A DNA stretch of 52,430 bases, from positions 1 to 52,430 of the IMG/VR virus record IMGVR_UViG_3300034065_000062; one strand, given 5' to 3'. The notes under the pieces are model-generated. The model was not told the DNA's origin. It saw nothing but the letters and a program-made list of their open reading frames with translations, and did no database searches. The translations under genes were made by a program, and so were the position numbers. This document shows, in pieces, positions 1 to 11,000 of the stretch. The stretch is from a virus. Taxonomy: Duplodnaviria; Caudoviricetes. Numbering within the stretch: the stretch's first letter is position 1; the number at the start of each line of letters is the position of its first letter.

Positions 1-623
1 TTCTTATCTTTACCATCTTTTTTAGTGATGATAATAACAAGATTACCTTGGTCATGATAATACTGGAACATGTTATTTGATTCACCAGCAGTACACCATT
101 TAGTCCCAGCACCATACTTACAAGCAGCAGCTTCTGTTTTAGGGATCAAAGCTTTGAAGTCTGGAGTATCAATTAGATATTCAACTTCATTCTTTTTAAG
201 GTCCTTAGCAGCAGCCTTTTTAGACTTTTCTAATTCTTCTTCATCACCAAATGGCTCGATTGCTTTGTATAAATCATCGATCGATTTATAGTTGTTCAAG
301 TCTTTGTTTTCAATTTTGGATTTGAATTTGAAGAACTTCTCGATATCACCACGAATACGGCTGATATCTTCAAGTTTGAATTCACCATTGATATAGCTCT
401 TGACTAACCACATAATGGCATTACCACCACGAGTTGGATCGGCTTTACCCAATTCTTTAATAACATCTAAAGCAGTCGCATCTTTTTTCAAGATGTCATT
501 TTTATCTTTTTTGAAAGCATCAAGTACTTTAGTAGCACGTGTTTTCTCTAATTCGGTAATCTTAGAAGCTAAATCTTCCATCAAAGATGGGTTAGAAATA
601 TTCTTGATTTCGTTCAGTTTCAT
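1..623 (-). CDS. Hypothetical phage protein with GTKWCT motif, runs off the window edge
   Basis: Read by hand, not in ORF track: ATG at 623, MKLNEIKNISNPSLMED...ACKYGAGTKWCTAG..., open to position 1; TATAAATA box upstream at 663-670. Confidence 0.8.
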   Translation of the reverse strand, partial: MKLNEIKNISNPSLMEDLASKITELEKTRATKVLDAFKKDKNDILKKDATALDVIKELGKADPTRGGNAIMWLVKSYINGEFKLEDISRIRGDIEKFFKFKSKIENKDLNNYKSIDDLYKAIEPFGDEEELEKSKKAAAKDLKKNEVEYLIDTPDFKALIPKTEAAACKYGAGTKWCTAGESNNMFQYYHDQGNLVIIITKKDGKDK

Positions 624-662
624 TGTGGTCCTTTAATTGGGCAGGGAATTATTACTATTTAT

Positions 663-670
663 TATTTATA
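663..670 (-). promoter_or_regulatory. T4-type late promoter box TATAAATA
   Basis: Exact TATAAATA on the minus strand 40 nt upstream of the ATG at 623; the same box recurs before many genes. Confidence 0.65.
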
Positions 671-679
671 GATATTCAA

Positions 680-1246
680 TTAATCATTCTGAGATTTATC
701 ATCAGCTTTTTCAGCTTTTCTGGCTTCTTTCTTCTCATAAGCATGAATAAATCTACGATATTCACGTGCTACCCCACTATTTTTATTCATTATAGCCTCA
801 CCTTTAGGCCATGGTTTCTTCAATGCACCTAATACATACTCAAATGTAGCATGTGGATCCTTAAGTATCTCAGATTCGGCAACAGGAAATGGACCTTTTA
901 TATAAATTACTGCATATGGAATAGAATATTTTGTATTTTTGGCAATAGCAGCTTCTCCTTTTGGGAAACGTTTCTTGATAATATTCTTAACATAGGCCCA
1001 AGCTGTTTGAGGGTCTTTGGCTATAGCATCTTCACCTGCTGGGAAGCCACGTTTTTTATTATCCATCTCAGTTGTCCAAGCATATCGATAGGCCCATTTT
1101 GGATCTTTTGTAAATAGCTTCTCGTATGGTTTTAATTTCTCTGGTGAAGCACCATACTTATCCCAAGCTAAATCAGGTACAGTTTCATGTGCATTCTCAT
1201 GACGATGAATAGTTTCAGGTTTATCGTGGAATTTATATAAGTTCAT
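680..1246 (-). CDS. Hypothetical protein with ~24-aa helical repeats
   Basis: 188 aa; repeated units KDPxxAYxYA...FPxGExAIAK. Confidence 0.8.
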   Translation of the reverse strand: MNLYKFHDKPETIHRHENAHETVPDLAWDKYGASPEKLKPYEKLFTKDPKWAYRYAWTTEMDNKKRGFPAGEDAIAKDPQTAWAYVKNIIKKRFPKGEAAIAKNTKYSIPYAVIYIKGPFPVAESEILKDPHATFEYVLGALKKPWPKGEAIMNKNSGVAREYRRFIHAYEKKEARKAEKADDKSQND

Positions 1247-1285
1247 TTGGGATCATTGGTATAATAGTTATATTTATCTCAAATA

Positions 1286-1310
1286 AAAAATGGGAACTTA
1301 ATCCCATTTT
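1286..1310 (-). terminator. Rho-independent terminator
   Basis: AAAATGGGA-loop-TCCCATTTT inverted repeat with T-run on the minus strand, just after the 1313-1486 ORF. Confidence 0.65.
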
Positions 1311-1312
1311 CT

Positions 1313-1486
1313 TTAAGCTGATTCAGTTAAGAACTGCTTTTGTTGCTGTTTTAGCTGCTCAGTAACTTGCTGAATCTGACGGGTATCGGTAAAGATACGA
1401 GTAGTGTTATCAGAATAAGTTACATGACATTCATTGACTGAATTGGCATGATTGAACTTAAAATCGCATTTAATTATTTTCAACAT
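1313..1486 (-). CDS. Small hypothetical protein (57 aa)
   Basis: Read by hand: AAGGAG RBS, MLKIIKCDFKFNHANSVNECHVTYSDNTTRIF...TESA*. Confidence 0.7.
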   Translation of the reverse strand: MLKIIKCDFKFNHANSVNECHVTYSDNTTRIFTDTRQIQQVTEQLKQQQKQFLTESA

Positions 1487-1523
1487 TTAATACTCCTTAA
1501 TTGATACTACGGAATATTATTTA

Positions 1524-1988
1524 TTAAAATAATTTAGCTAACATTCCTACATTATCAACATGGGTAGGTGAAGTCCAACCTTCAGGTTTAATCAAATCAG
1601 GCAATCCCAATGGGTTAGGACGGCTTGCTTTAATACCAACCTGCTTCTGCATATTTTTGTCATGGACACGATTCCAGGCAATATAAGCATTAACATCAAA
1701 GGCATTCAAAGTACCAATTGCCACAACACATAAATCAATCAAGGCATCAACCACATCATCTGCGGATTTTGCATAAACCATTTCATTGAGTTCTTCCTGA
1801 AGGAAGTCAATACGGAACTTTAAAAACTTAGCAAGTTTTTCTTTATCAAGATTTCTTACAGCTTCATTTACGCCAAACTTACCATGCATTTCTGCAATGT
1901 CTTGTGGCCATAATGTAGGTGCTAATCCTTGTCCATCTACTACATCGTCTGCAGGTACGTTTTCAATATGTGAAAAATTTTGATTCAT
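1524..1988 (-). CDS. MazG-like / all-alpha NTP pyrophosphohydrolase
   Basis: FLQEELNE...VVDALIDL acidic motifs and C-terminal LIKPEGW typical of the PRA-PH/MazG-like family. Confidence 0.75.
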   Translation of the reverse strand: MNQNFSHIENVPADDVVDGQGLAPTLWPQDIAEMHGKFGVNEAVRNLDKEKLAKFLKFRIDFLQEELNEMVYAKSADDVVDALIDLCVVAIGTLNAFDVNAYIAWNRVHDKNMQKQVGIKASRPNPLGLPDLIKPEGWTSPTHVDNVGMLAKLF

Positions 1989-1991
1989 TTA

Positions 1992-2687
1992 TTAGTGCTT
2001 TCCAAAGTTTTGATAGGTTGGTTCAGGGATAAATTTTGTTGCATTGTGCTGCATTACTTCATTAAAGTGCTGTTGTTTCTTTTCCACATCAGCACATATA
2101 ATTCCAAGGTTGTTTGCTGGATTTTCAAGACCATCTAATACACGGTCCCATTGTACCATTTCAAACCATTTTGTTTCTTCAGTGTGGATAGCAATCAATC
2201 GATCAATCGCTAATCTGGTAGTCTTCAATACATTCTGTGGATCAGTCGCCAAGTCACGGATCAAATCATCATCAGTACGTTTCTTGAAGCGGGCTACACG
2301 TTCCACTTGTGGGGTATGGATATAATACTTCAAATGAGCTGCACCAACATCCAAAGCAGGTTTTACATAATGGTCAATACCAGTTGGTTCAACAATCAAA
2401 AATGCCAAACCATCTTTCAACTTAGTAGCAAATTCCTGTTTAGTTACTCCATAACGAACACCACGATATGTTGCCAATTCAGCAAACTGATTAAAGGCTT
2501 CAAGACGTTTTGATTCATCTTCACTGATGAAGTAATAATCAACACCTTCAACTTCACCAACACGAGCATCACGGGTTGTGGTTGATACGATGCAATCAAA
2601 TCCTTGGCTACGGATATAATCGAGAAGATAGTTCTTACCACCAGCAGTTGGTGAAGTAAGGGTAACTAGAATTGGTTGTTTATGCAT
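1992..2687 (-). CDS. gmk: Guanylate kinase-like protein
   Basis: P-loop variant SPTAGGKN; GMP-binding signature STTTRDARVGEVEGVDYYF; YG motif. Confidence 0.85.
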   Translation of the reverse strand: MHKQPILVTLTSPTAGGKNYLLDYIRSQGFDCIVSTTTRDARVGEVEGVDYYFISEDESKRLEAFNQFAELATYRGVRYGVTKQEFATKLKDGLAFLIVEPTGIDHYVKPALDVGAAHLKYYIHTPQVERVARFKKRTDDDLIRDLATDPQNVLKTTRLAIDRLIAIHTEETKWFEMVQWDRVLDGLENPANNLGIICADVEKKQQHFNEVMQHNATKFIPEPTYQNFGKH

Positions 2688-3003
2688 TGTTTAAGACCTC
2701 AAGTTCTTCAGGGGTTGGTGATTGACAGCCATCAGCAGTATCTGACATTTCTGGTTGTGGTTGCCATTGTTTTGGTATTTGGAAGATGACATAGGTACCA
2801 TCATACTTACCTTCTTCATTTGGTTTTAAACCAGTGAGTTTATCATAGGCACTGGAAAATAAACCTGGACGAGCAACCCCAACTATATAATTGTTCATTA
2901 CTACACTGGGACTTTTAATAATACCATCAATATATAATTGATTGGCAATCAATTCCAATACACGATTGGCATTGACAATATAATTATCATCCTGGTTGGA
3001 CAT
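2680..3003 (-). CDS. Hypothetical protein
   Basis: ORF track 2680-3066; likely start MSNQDD at 3003 behind an AAGGA RBS. Confidence 0.65.
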   Translation of the reverse strand: MSNQDDNYIVNANRVLELIANQLYIDGIIKSPSVVMNNYIVGVARPGLFSSAYDKLTGLKPNEEGKYDGTYVIFQIPKQWQPQPEMSDTADGCQSPTPEELEVLNNA

Positions 3004-3220
3004 TTTCTGATTCCTTATTAAATTGTATATTACGGGCATCGGCCATACCAAGTTGATATGCACCATTAAGCATTCCTGCTATACCTTGTAATTGTGATTT
3101 GGTTAATCCTGGATTAGTAAAACTAACATTGGGTCCTTGTACAAACCAGTAACTGGATTGATTACCAATACTTGATTCATAGTTTAATTGATATGGGGTA
3201 AATTCAGATATCAGTTTCAT
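2987..3220 (-). CDS. Hypothetical protein (77 aa)
   Basis: ATGA overlap with the upstream kinase gene. Confidence 0.65.
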   Translation of the reverse strand: MKLISEFTPYQLNYESSIGNQSSYWFVQGPNVSFTNPGLTKSQLQGIAGMLNGAYQLGMADARNIQFNKESENVQPG

Positions 3221-3783
3221 CGTGGCATATCCAGTTGAATTACTTCTTTTAAGATTTCTTCCCGTGGTCGGAATTGACCATCAGGTCCAGTAACACAAAC
3301 AATCTGTTTATTCTTAATTGATGACTTGTTGAAAGCAGCAATATAATCATTCTGTTCTTCTTCACGCTTAGTTACATCCAAAGATAAACCATCATCTTTA
3401 AAGTGTTTGGAGATGGTGAAATCTTCAGTAAGAAGAATCATCCTTATATCTCGCATACGTGAATCTGTATGGTATTTCAATTCCATATTGAATACATAGT
3501 TACCATCATATCCACGATATCTTTGTGCATAAACTGGTTCACCTAAGTGACCACGGTCCATAATAACAAAGGCATCAGAATTCAATATATGGAAATAGTT
3601 GTGGTACATATCAATCTGACAGTCTTGTGCTGCTGTCTCTGGTGAAGTTTCATAACACTTTAACTTTTCAGGTTTGGTATTATGAATAACCAGATAGTTA
3701 CCAAGTTCTTGACGCATTGCTTGAATAAGAGTACTCTTACCCAAATGATCAATGCCTTCAATAATAAATTTGCAGTGTGGCAT
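3217..3783 (-). CDS. dTMP/dNMP kinase
   Basis: IIEGIDHLGKST P-loop and MDR motif of thymidylate-kinase-like NMP kinases. Confidence 0.8.
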   Translation of the reverse strand: MPHCKFIIEGIDHLGKSTLIQAMRQELGNYLVIHNTKPEKLKCYETSPETAAQDCQIDMYHNYFHILNSDAFVIMDRGHLGEPVYAQRYRGYDGNYVFNMELKYHTDSRMRDIRMILLTEDFTISKHFKDDGLSLDVTKREEEQNDYIAAFNKSSIKNKQIVCVTGPDGQFRPREEILKEVIQLDMPR

Positions 3784-3791
3784 ACTATTCC

Positions 3792-4166
3792 TTATTGTAC
3801 AATAAATTCACCAACAGTTGGATCATCATCAAAACTTGGGTCATCATGATTTCCAAAACCTGGTGGTTGTAATTCTAAATCAAATATTGGATCATCACCA
3901 TAACGCATATGGACAGGATGTTCTTCACCATTGATATCATCAATGCTAACTGTTAATGCAACCCATTTGCTTGCCTCATCTAACATTGATGGATCACAAG
4001 TTTCGATTGCATTAATAAGTTCAAAAGCGGCTTTTGAAAATTCACCAGTTAATCCAAGTCTAACATGATTCAACAGTTTTGATATGACCATTATTTGATC
4101 ATAATTCATTGTCAGCTTATATGCATCTTGATCAGGTTTATTAGGTCTGTATTTGAGGATAGTCAT
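3792..4166 (-). CDS. Hypothetical protein
   Basis: 124 aa ORF in a tightly packed operon. Confidence 0.7.
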   Translation of the reverse strand: MTILKYRPNKPDQDAYKLTMNYDQIMVISKLLNHVRLGLTGEFSKAAFELINAIETCDPSMLDEASKWVALTVSIDDINGEEHPVHMRYGDDPIFDLELQPPGFGNHDDPSFDDDPTVGEFIVQ

Positions 4167-4495
4167 GTTTGTTTTCTATGGAGATTGTGGCGTTGTTCTA
4201 TTTGATAACCTTGATAAGGTTCTTCTTCATTATGAACCCAACTAGCTGCCATGGCATCACAACACCCATAGCAATATCGGGAGTTTTGAAGAACACCACC
4301 AAATCTCATAGAGAAATATCGATGATGTTCACCTTTAGTAATTATACCACAACAGTAGATGCACGTATACTCTTTTCTTGCTCTTACTAGACGATCTTTA
4401 AAGGTAACATCATCCTGTTCTCCAAAGTCACCTTCAAAAGGATTTATAGTCAAGAACCCGTTTTTCCCATTCATCTTTGGGGACATAATTTTCAT
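4163..4495 (-). CDS. Hypothetical Cys-rich (putative Zn-binding) protein
   Basis: RARKEYTCIYC...I.KGE.H...CYGC pattern with two CxxC pairs. Confidence 0.7.
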   Translation of the reverse strand: MKIMSPKMNGKNGFLTINPFEGDFGEQDDVTFKDRLVRARKEYTCIYCCGIITKGEHHRYFSMRFGGVLQNSRYCYGCCDAMAASWVHNEEEPYQGYQIEQRHNLHRKQT

Positions 4496-4498
4496 AAT

Positions 4499-4705
4499 TC
4501 ATTTCATAAACCTTGGCATTTTTTCAGTATAACCACGGAACTCAAAGTTATCAAGAGTTACCAATAATTCTTCTAAATTAGTTGAGATAGTTCTTTGTAG
4601 ATGGTTAATGCCATCTTCAATTAACATATAATAAATCATTCCCGGTTTATCTTGAAAGTCTTCTAATTGAGCTTTAAAAATATATTCTAAATCTATAAGT
4701 CGCAT
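4499..4705 (-). CDS. Hypothetical protein (68 aa)
   Basis: ORF fills the gap in the operon; GGAG RBS. Confidence 0.6.
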   Translation of the reverse strand: MRLIDLEYIFKAQLEDFQDKPGMIYYMLIEDGINHLQRTISTNLEELLVTLDNFEFRGYTEKMPRFMK

Positions 4706-4706
4706 A

Positions 4707-5027
4707 TTATCTCCATGGTTCAGTTATCTGATAAATTCTATCTTCTTCAGCAAGTAACTTAGCAGTCACTTCTTCCTGTGTTGGTGCTGGTATATTCTTA
4801 AGCATCTTCAATCGCTTATAAACACCATAGAAATTTACTATCAGAAAGTAAACATTAATATAGGTTAATGAAGCTGATGCATTGGAATTAAATAGCAAAT
4901 AGATAGAACAGATTGATCCAATGATAAAACAAATATAACCAATGAGTGCTGCTTTGGTATCTCCATTTGCAACAAGGAGGGCACCAAAGACACTACCTAA
5001 TACTGCCAAAATATCAATTATTGTCAT
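4707..5027 (-). CDS. Small membrane protein (about 3 TM helices)
   Basis: Three hydrophobic segments; ends ...IVNFYGVYKR. Confidence 0.7.
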   Translation of the reverse strand: MTIIDILAVLGSVFGALLVANGDTKAALIGYICFIIGSICSIYLLFNSNASASLTYINVYFLIVNFYGVYKRLKMLKNIPAPTQEEVTAKLLAEEDRIYQITEPWR

Positions 5028-5036
5028 TAGTATCTT

Positions 5037-5195
5037 TCAAAGTTTTGAGGCTGAGCTAATTGCTAGGTAGATGGAACTTATAATAATCAGAATAGAAACT
5101 CCTAATACAAAGTTACTTTTTCTGAATTTATCACTACTCATTAATATAGCACCAATAATATCTATTATTGCTGTTATGATATCCAGCAGTGTCAT
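5037..5195 (-). CDS. Small membrane protein (52 aa), N-terminus similar to 4707-5027
   Basis: Read by hand: MTLLDIITAIIDIIGAILMS...SASKL*; ends in TGA in frame with the next gene. Confidence 0.6.
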   Translation of the reverse strand: MTLLDIITAIIDIIGAILMSSDKFRKSNFVLGVSILIIISSIYLAISSASKL

Positions 5196-5590
5196 TGTTT
5201 ATTTCTTTCTTCAATGCATGCCTGTACAAATTCATATAAGGCTTCATCAGAAAATGACCATTTGCCTGTTTGGTCATCCTGATGTCCACCATTAACAATT
5301 GCCAGATATCGCATACGTGGTTGTTCTAACTTACCATGTGGTTGCCAACTACAAGCAACATCAATGAAGTCATTTACCCATTTAATTCCGACATTATCTT
5401 TAATGGACAAATTAACCTGAACACTAATTAAATCCTTTACCATATCATCTAAATGACCGATAACAATCTTTTGTTCTTTTTTGGTTTTTGTCGGGAACCC
5501 ATTCAAGAATTTAATTCTATTACTAGAATCCAATTCTTTTGTTGGCACTATTGATTGTAGTTGTTTTAATAACTGGTCTAATGTTTTCAT
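5192..5590 (-). CDS. Hypothetical protein
   Basis: ORF track 5192-5674; likely start MKTLDQ at 5590 after AAGGA. Confidence 0.65.
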   Translation of the reverse strand: MKTLDQLLKQLQSIVPTKELDSSNRIKFLNGFPTKTKKEQKIVIGHLDDMVKDLISVQVNLSIKDNVGIKWVNDFIDVACSWQPHGKLEQPRMRYLAIVNGGHQDDQTGKWSFSDEALYEFVQACIEERNKQ

Positions 5591-5597
5591 ATTATCC

Positions 5598-7328
5598 TTA
5601 GATAAATTTGGTGTAACGTGGTTTAAATTCATTACCCCAGATATTTGCTTTTGAACCCCATAACCTTTGGGCATTCATATCTAAGAAATATGTGGTCGCA
5701 TGATCTGTTTCAGAACGTACTGAACGACCTGCTCCCTGTACCAACTTCTGAATCGTAATAATCTCATAAATCTCTTTATGATGATCCAGAATAAACTTCA
5801 TTCGTTTATCACCCAATGAGGGGAATGGTGCTTTGATCACAATCTGGAATCGAGATAAATCACCAGGTAAATCCACACCTTCAAAGATAGAAGGGGAAAT
5901 CAAAATTGCAGGTCCACCTTTATATGCCTTGAATGCTTCCAAGGTATTTTCTAACTTTTCACCTTGTCGTTGTTCAAACAATTTGAATCCGGGAATCCCA
6001 TGGAGTTCAGCAACTATTTCATTCTGTAGTTTGAAACTTGGAGATAGAATAATACCACGTTCTCCATCAGCCACATGCTTTTTCACAATCTTTGATACAT
6101 TCTTTCTAAGGGCCTTGATTGTATCTGGATTTTGTAATGTGGTATAGTTCAAAGATAATGGGTCAAAGAAAACGACTTCCTTATTTTCAATAGGAAAGGT
6201 TGGTTTGATCTTCAAGAATCCAGTTTTAGCAGGATCCAAATTCAATGTCTTAACCATAAATTCATTTGAAACTGTTGCAGACATAAACAAGTTATGATCT
6301 GAACATTGTAAGGCTTCAATCATTGTACCAACAAAAATTGGTTTGATTGATATAGAACAATCTTCTTCTTTGTACTCGAAGACGTGTTCATATTCATACT
6401 TGGTTAAGTCATCAATCTTACAAGCCAGACTTTCATATCGTTTATAGAATCGGGATAGCTTAGTATATTGACTGGTTTTATTTGAACGTAATGCTTTATC
6501 AGCCTGTTCTTTACCCTGCTCTGCTGCATAACTATAAACTTCATATATAGCACTCAGGTATGCTCGGTAATTTGAATCATTAATCTTGTCTTTAACACCA
6601 CAATCTTTAGCCACAGATGTTAGTATTTTATTAATTTTCATATCGGCAATGCCAACCAATTCACCGATTTCTTTGGCCATTGCTTGGACTTTCTTCTGTG
6701 AAAAGAGAATAGCATTATGTTCACTGAATAGATCATTGATAAGATGTGCTTCATCCCAGACAATCAGACTACGATCTTCAAACTTACCAGTGTACATCCG
6801 ATCAACAAAGAAGTAGGAATAATTAGTAGTTAGGTGACGAACTTGATTTTTTCTTTTGTTATTACACAAGTATTCACACTTATCACAGTGGGTTCTGATG
6901 GTACTTTCGAAGTCAGAACCTGCTTGAATCATAGTAAACCAAGCACAGGATTCAGCCGTTTCAGGTAGTTCGGTAGTAGATAATGCTGAACAAGGGTAGT
7001 TACTAGCACCCTTAATCATGATGTAATTACCCTTATTTGCCAGTTCTTTGAAGGTGGAATCATACTGTTTTGACAAAATATTAGTACTACAAAGCATGAT
7101 ACTTGCTTTTGGAGACTGTTTATTGAGTCCTTTACAGATGGAAAGGGCTTCAGCAGAGGCAGCACCGATGATACTTTTACCAGTACCTGTTGGTGCATTT
7201 AATATTTGATTCTGATATTTAATATCTAAAAAACCAACCAGAATATCATTAACTGCTTCTACTTGTCCAGGTCTTGGGGTAAATCCGAGTGCATCAAATG
7301 CTTCATTGATTTGGGTTTGATATTTCAA
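5598..7328 (-). CDS. DinG/YoaA (XPD-family, SF2) helicase
   Basis: Q motif RPGQ, Walker A APTGTGKS, DEAH, SAT, EGVDLPG, QGAGRSVR; Cys residues compatible with an Fe-S domain. Confidence 0.9.
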   Translation of the reverse strand: MKYQTQINEAFDALGFTPRPGQVEAVNDILVGFLDIKYQNQILNAPTGTGKSIIGAASAEALSICKGLNKQSPKASIMLCSTNILSKQYDSTFKELANKGNYIMIKGASNYPCSALSTTELPETAESCAWFTMIQAGSDFESTIRTHCDKCEYLCNNKRKNQVRHLTTNYSYFFVDRMYTGKFEDRSLIVWDEAHLINDLFSEHNAILFSQKKVQAMAKEIGELVGIADMKINKILTSVAKDCGVKDKINDSNYRAYLSAIYEVYSYAAEQGKEQADKALRSNKTSQYTKLSRFYKRYESLACKIDDLTKYEYEHVFEYKEEDCSISIKPIFVGTMIEALQCSDHNLFMSATVSNEFMVKTLNLDPAKTGFLKIKPTFPIENKEVVFFDPLSLNYTTLQNPDTIKALRKNVSKIVKKHVADGERGIILSPSFKLQNEIVAELHGIPGFKLFEQRQGEKLENTLEAFKAYKGGPAILISPSIFEGVDLPGDLSRFQIVIKAPFPSLGDKRMKFILDHHKEIYEIITIQKLVQGAGRSVRSETDHATTYFLDMNAQRLWGSKANIWGNEFKPRYTKFI

Positions 7329-7695
7329 TTTGTTTTATCTTTGCTATATAACTGATGATGAGAGAATAGATAATGCTTTTAATACAGTAAATCATTGATC
7401 CTGTATAAAGATTATCATTAGAATAAAGGACACGAATATGATTTGGGAGAGTTACATCACTATGAATTTTTAATAACTCTTCTATTATGTGAGTTCTTAG
7501 TTCAGCATAATTTATTTTATCTTGAAGATCATCAGGTACATCTATGAATTTTCGGTTAACTATAACAATTAACTCATCAAAGATATCAATCAGCTTTTGA
7601 TTAGGAGTACCAGAAGCCCGTAAGAACATTATTTCTTTCAGGAGCTCCTGTGGCTTAAAGGATACTGATGCCGGCATTTTGCTTAGCTTTTGCAT
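7303..7695 (-). CDS. Hypothetical protein
   Basis: ORF track; start position uncertain. Confidence 0.55.
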   Translation of the reverse strand: MQKLSKMPASVSFKPQELLKEIMFLRASGTPNQKLIDIFDELIVIVNRKFIDVPDDLQDKINYAELRTHIIEELLKIHSDVTLPNHIRVLYSNDNLYTGSMIYCIKSIIYSLIISYIAKIKQIEISNPNQ

Positions 7696-7891
7696 GTTCT
7701 AATGCACATGTTAGTATTTCAACAGCTTGTGGCCAGGTACCTTCATGGATTGCTTCATAGTGGTTAAGGTCCATACTACGATTTGCGAGTAGGTCCATAA
7801 CTTCTTCAAAGGCACCTCTTGAAGCCTCATCATGAACTAAAGCAGCTTCCCAGCGCTTATGGTCGGTACAAACTTTACATTGACAGGTCAT
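7655..7891 (-). CDS. Hypothetical protein (78 aa)
   Basis: GGGAG RBS; TGGTATAAT extended -10 just upstream. Confidence 0.7.
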   Translation of the reverse strand: MTCQCKVCTDHKRWEAALVHDEASRGAFEEVMDLLANRSMDLNHYEAIHEGTWPQAVEILTCALEHAKAKQNAGISIL

Positions 7892-8001
7892 ATCTATCTC
7901 CCCTTATAACAAAATGTATTATACCATGAATTTCCCTATTTGGGGCTGATATTGATAAATATACTTAATAACAGTTTCAGCTTACCAATTAGGAGAACTA
8001 C

Positions 8002-11000
8002 ATGCTATTTGACGGAATTAGTCTAACTGAAGGTTCAGATATTAAAAATCTTACCGTGGATACAGGCATAGCTTTTGTACCAACACCAACTGATGGTGAA
8101 TTATTTTATATTAATAGCACATCTTCTGGTAATCCACTGGGATTATATGTTTACTCAATGAGTAATTCAACTTGGGAACGTGTAGTACTTGATACTGATA
8201 CTTTATCATCAAGTATGATTACCTCAGCTCTTGGATACACTCCTCTTAATAAAGCTGGTGATACAATGTCTGGTGCTTTATTATTAAGTGCTGATCCAAC
8301 TGTATCAAGTCAAGCTGCTACAAAGAATTATGTTGATGCTGCAATTGCTGGTCTTTCATGGAAAAATGAAGTAGCTTGTGCAACTACTGCAAATATTACT
8401 TTATCTGGTGAACAAACAATTGATGGTGTTACTACTTCTGCTTCACGTGTATTAGTTAAAAACCAAACTACTGCCTCACAGAACGGTATTTATTTATCTG
8501 GTTCTGGTGCATGGACACGTACTACTGATGCTGATGTAGGTACTGAAATTATTGGTTCTGCCGTATATGTTGATGCTGGTACTGTTAATGCAGCAAGTGC
8601 ATGGGTTAATACAAATACCGCAATTACCCTTGGTACAACCCCTATTGTTTTTGCGCAATTTGGTGGAGGTGCAACTTATTCAGCAGGTACTGGTTTATCT
8701 TTAACTGGTAATGTATTTGCTAATACTGGTGTTACTTCATTAGTTGCAGGCTCAAATATTACATTAAGTGGTTCAACTGGTGCAGTTACAATTAGCTCTA
8801 CAAGTGCTGCAGGTAGTACACTAACTGGTACATCCCTTGCATCAAATATTATTAGTTCATCCCTTACTTCAGTTGGTACTCTTAGTACATTGACAGTATC
8901 TGGAACTATTTATGGAACTACTAATGGTAACTTAGCATTTGATGGTGGTACATTAACTGGTGCTCTTCTTCCATATACAGCAAATGTTACAGTATCTGGT
9001 ACAAATAATTTAAACCCAACCCAATTAAATGCTGATATAAATTATATCAACACTTTATCTGGAACTACAACTCCAACAGTTATGCTTCCAGATATTGCTG
9101 CTGGCCGTGAAGTAACCATTATTAATGATACAGCATACACCATTACTGCATATGCAGGAACACAAAGCCAATTACGTGGAACAAATTGCTATATCTATCC
9201 AGGTTCATCAATAACCTTAGTTGGCACTGGACACTTTACAACTGGTGATCCAGCTTACCCATTCTGGGTAGCAACAGCTTCTCCAATTCAAGCTGGCACT
9301 GGTATTACTGTATCACAGCCAAATGAATATAATACTCAATTTGCAACCACAATTACTAACTCGGGTGTTACTTCTTTAGTTGCAGGAACTGGTATTTCTC
9401 TTAGTGGTTCAACTGGTGTAGTTACAATTAGTTCAACTGGTGGTACAGGTACTATTACTTCTGTATCAGGTACGGCAAATCAAATTACTGCTTCAACTGT
9501 ATCAGGGGCAGTTACATTAAGTTTACCTTCAGCAATTTCTGGTATAACTTCAATTTCAGCAACTACATTTACTGGTGCTTTATCTGGTAATGCAAGTACA
9601 GCTACCACAGCTGGTACTGTTACTACTGCAGCGCAACCAAATATTACTTCTGTTGGTACCCTTACTTCATTAACAGTATCTGGTACTATTACAGGTCATG
9701 CTTCTCTTGACTTACCATTGACTGGTGGTACAATGTCTGGTGCATTAATTCTTAATGCTGATCCAGTAGCAGGTCTTGGTGCAGCAACTAAAAATTATGT
9801 TGATGCTGCGATTGCTGGTCTTTCATGGAAAAATGAAGTTGCTTGTGCTACTACTGCAAATATTACTTTATCTGGTGAACAGACAATTGATGGTATTACT
9901 ACTTCATCATCTCGTGTATTAGTTAAAAACCAAACTACTGCCTCACAGAACGGTATTTATTTATCTGGTTCTGGTGCATGGACACGTACAACCGATATGA
10001 CAACTAGTGCCCAGATATTGGGTTCTGCTGTATATGTTGATGGTGGTACTACTCAAAGCAGTAATGCTTTTGTAAATACAAACACTTCAGTAATTACTAT
10101 TGATACTACATCAATCACCTTTGTTCAATTTAGTGGTGGTGCTACTTATACTGCGGGTACTGGTTTATCTTTAGTTGGTAATACATTTAATAATACTGGT
10201 GTAACTTCAATTGTTGCTGGTTCTGGTATTTCTATTAGTGGTTCAACAGGTGCTGTAACTGTAACAGCTAGTGCTATTTCTATACCAGCAGCTCAAATTC
10301 CATTTGGTACTGGTTCAGGGGTTACTTCAAGTTCATTGCTTACTTTTACTGGTACTTCATCAACAAATAATGTGTTAACTATTGGTACTTATGCAATTGG
10401 TACCGGTAACACTGTGACTATTACTTCTACTGCAACAACTCCTGGTGGTGGTGGATCAACATTACAATTATTAGGTTCACCTGCAACTGTAGGAGGTACT
10501 AATGGTGGTAATGTTCTTATTCAGGGTGGTGCCAGTTTTACTTCAGGTTCAACTAGTGGTGGTATTACTATTCAACCTGGTATTTCTAATTCTGCTGGTA
10601 ATACAACTGGTAATGTAACAATTAATACTAATGCTTCAACTGGTAGTCGTGGTGGTAATATTAATATTGGTACTAATAATCTTACAGTTCTTGGCATTAA
10701 TGGTACTACGGGGAATCTTGCGGTTGCTGCTCCGCAAACCACATTTACTGGTTCAATAAACTTTTATAGTACAAATTTTATTGTTGCAGCAGGTACTACT
10801 CAAGCTACTGCTACTGCTCTTACTGCTGATAATAACTTTGTTACCTCTGTAGCTGCTGGTACTGGAGTAACTCTTCCAGCAGGTGCCGCTGGCCGTGAAA
10901 TATCTGTTGTAAATCGTGGTGCTAATCCATTAATGGTTTATCCAGCATCCGGAGCACAAATTGATGGTGCTGGTACTAATATAGGTGTATCAGTTCCTGT

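Noticed and set aside
4493-4501. TGA followed one codon later by an in-frame ATG (fusion of 4499-4705 with 4163-4495)
   Set aside because: Ordinary tight gene packing; no homology evidence that the two ORFs form one protein.
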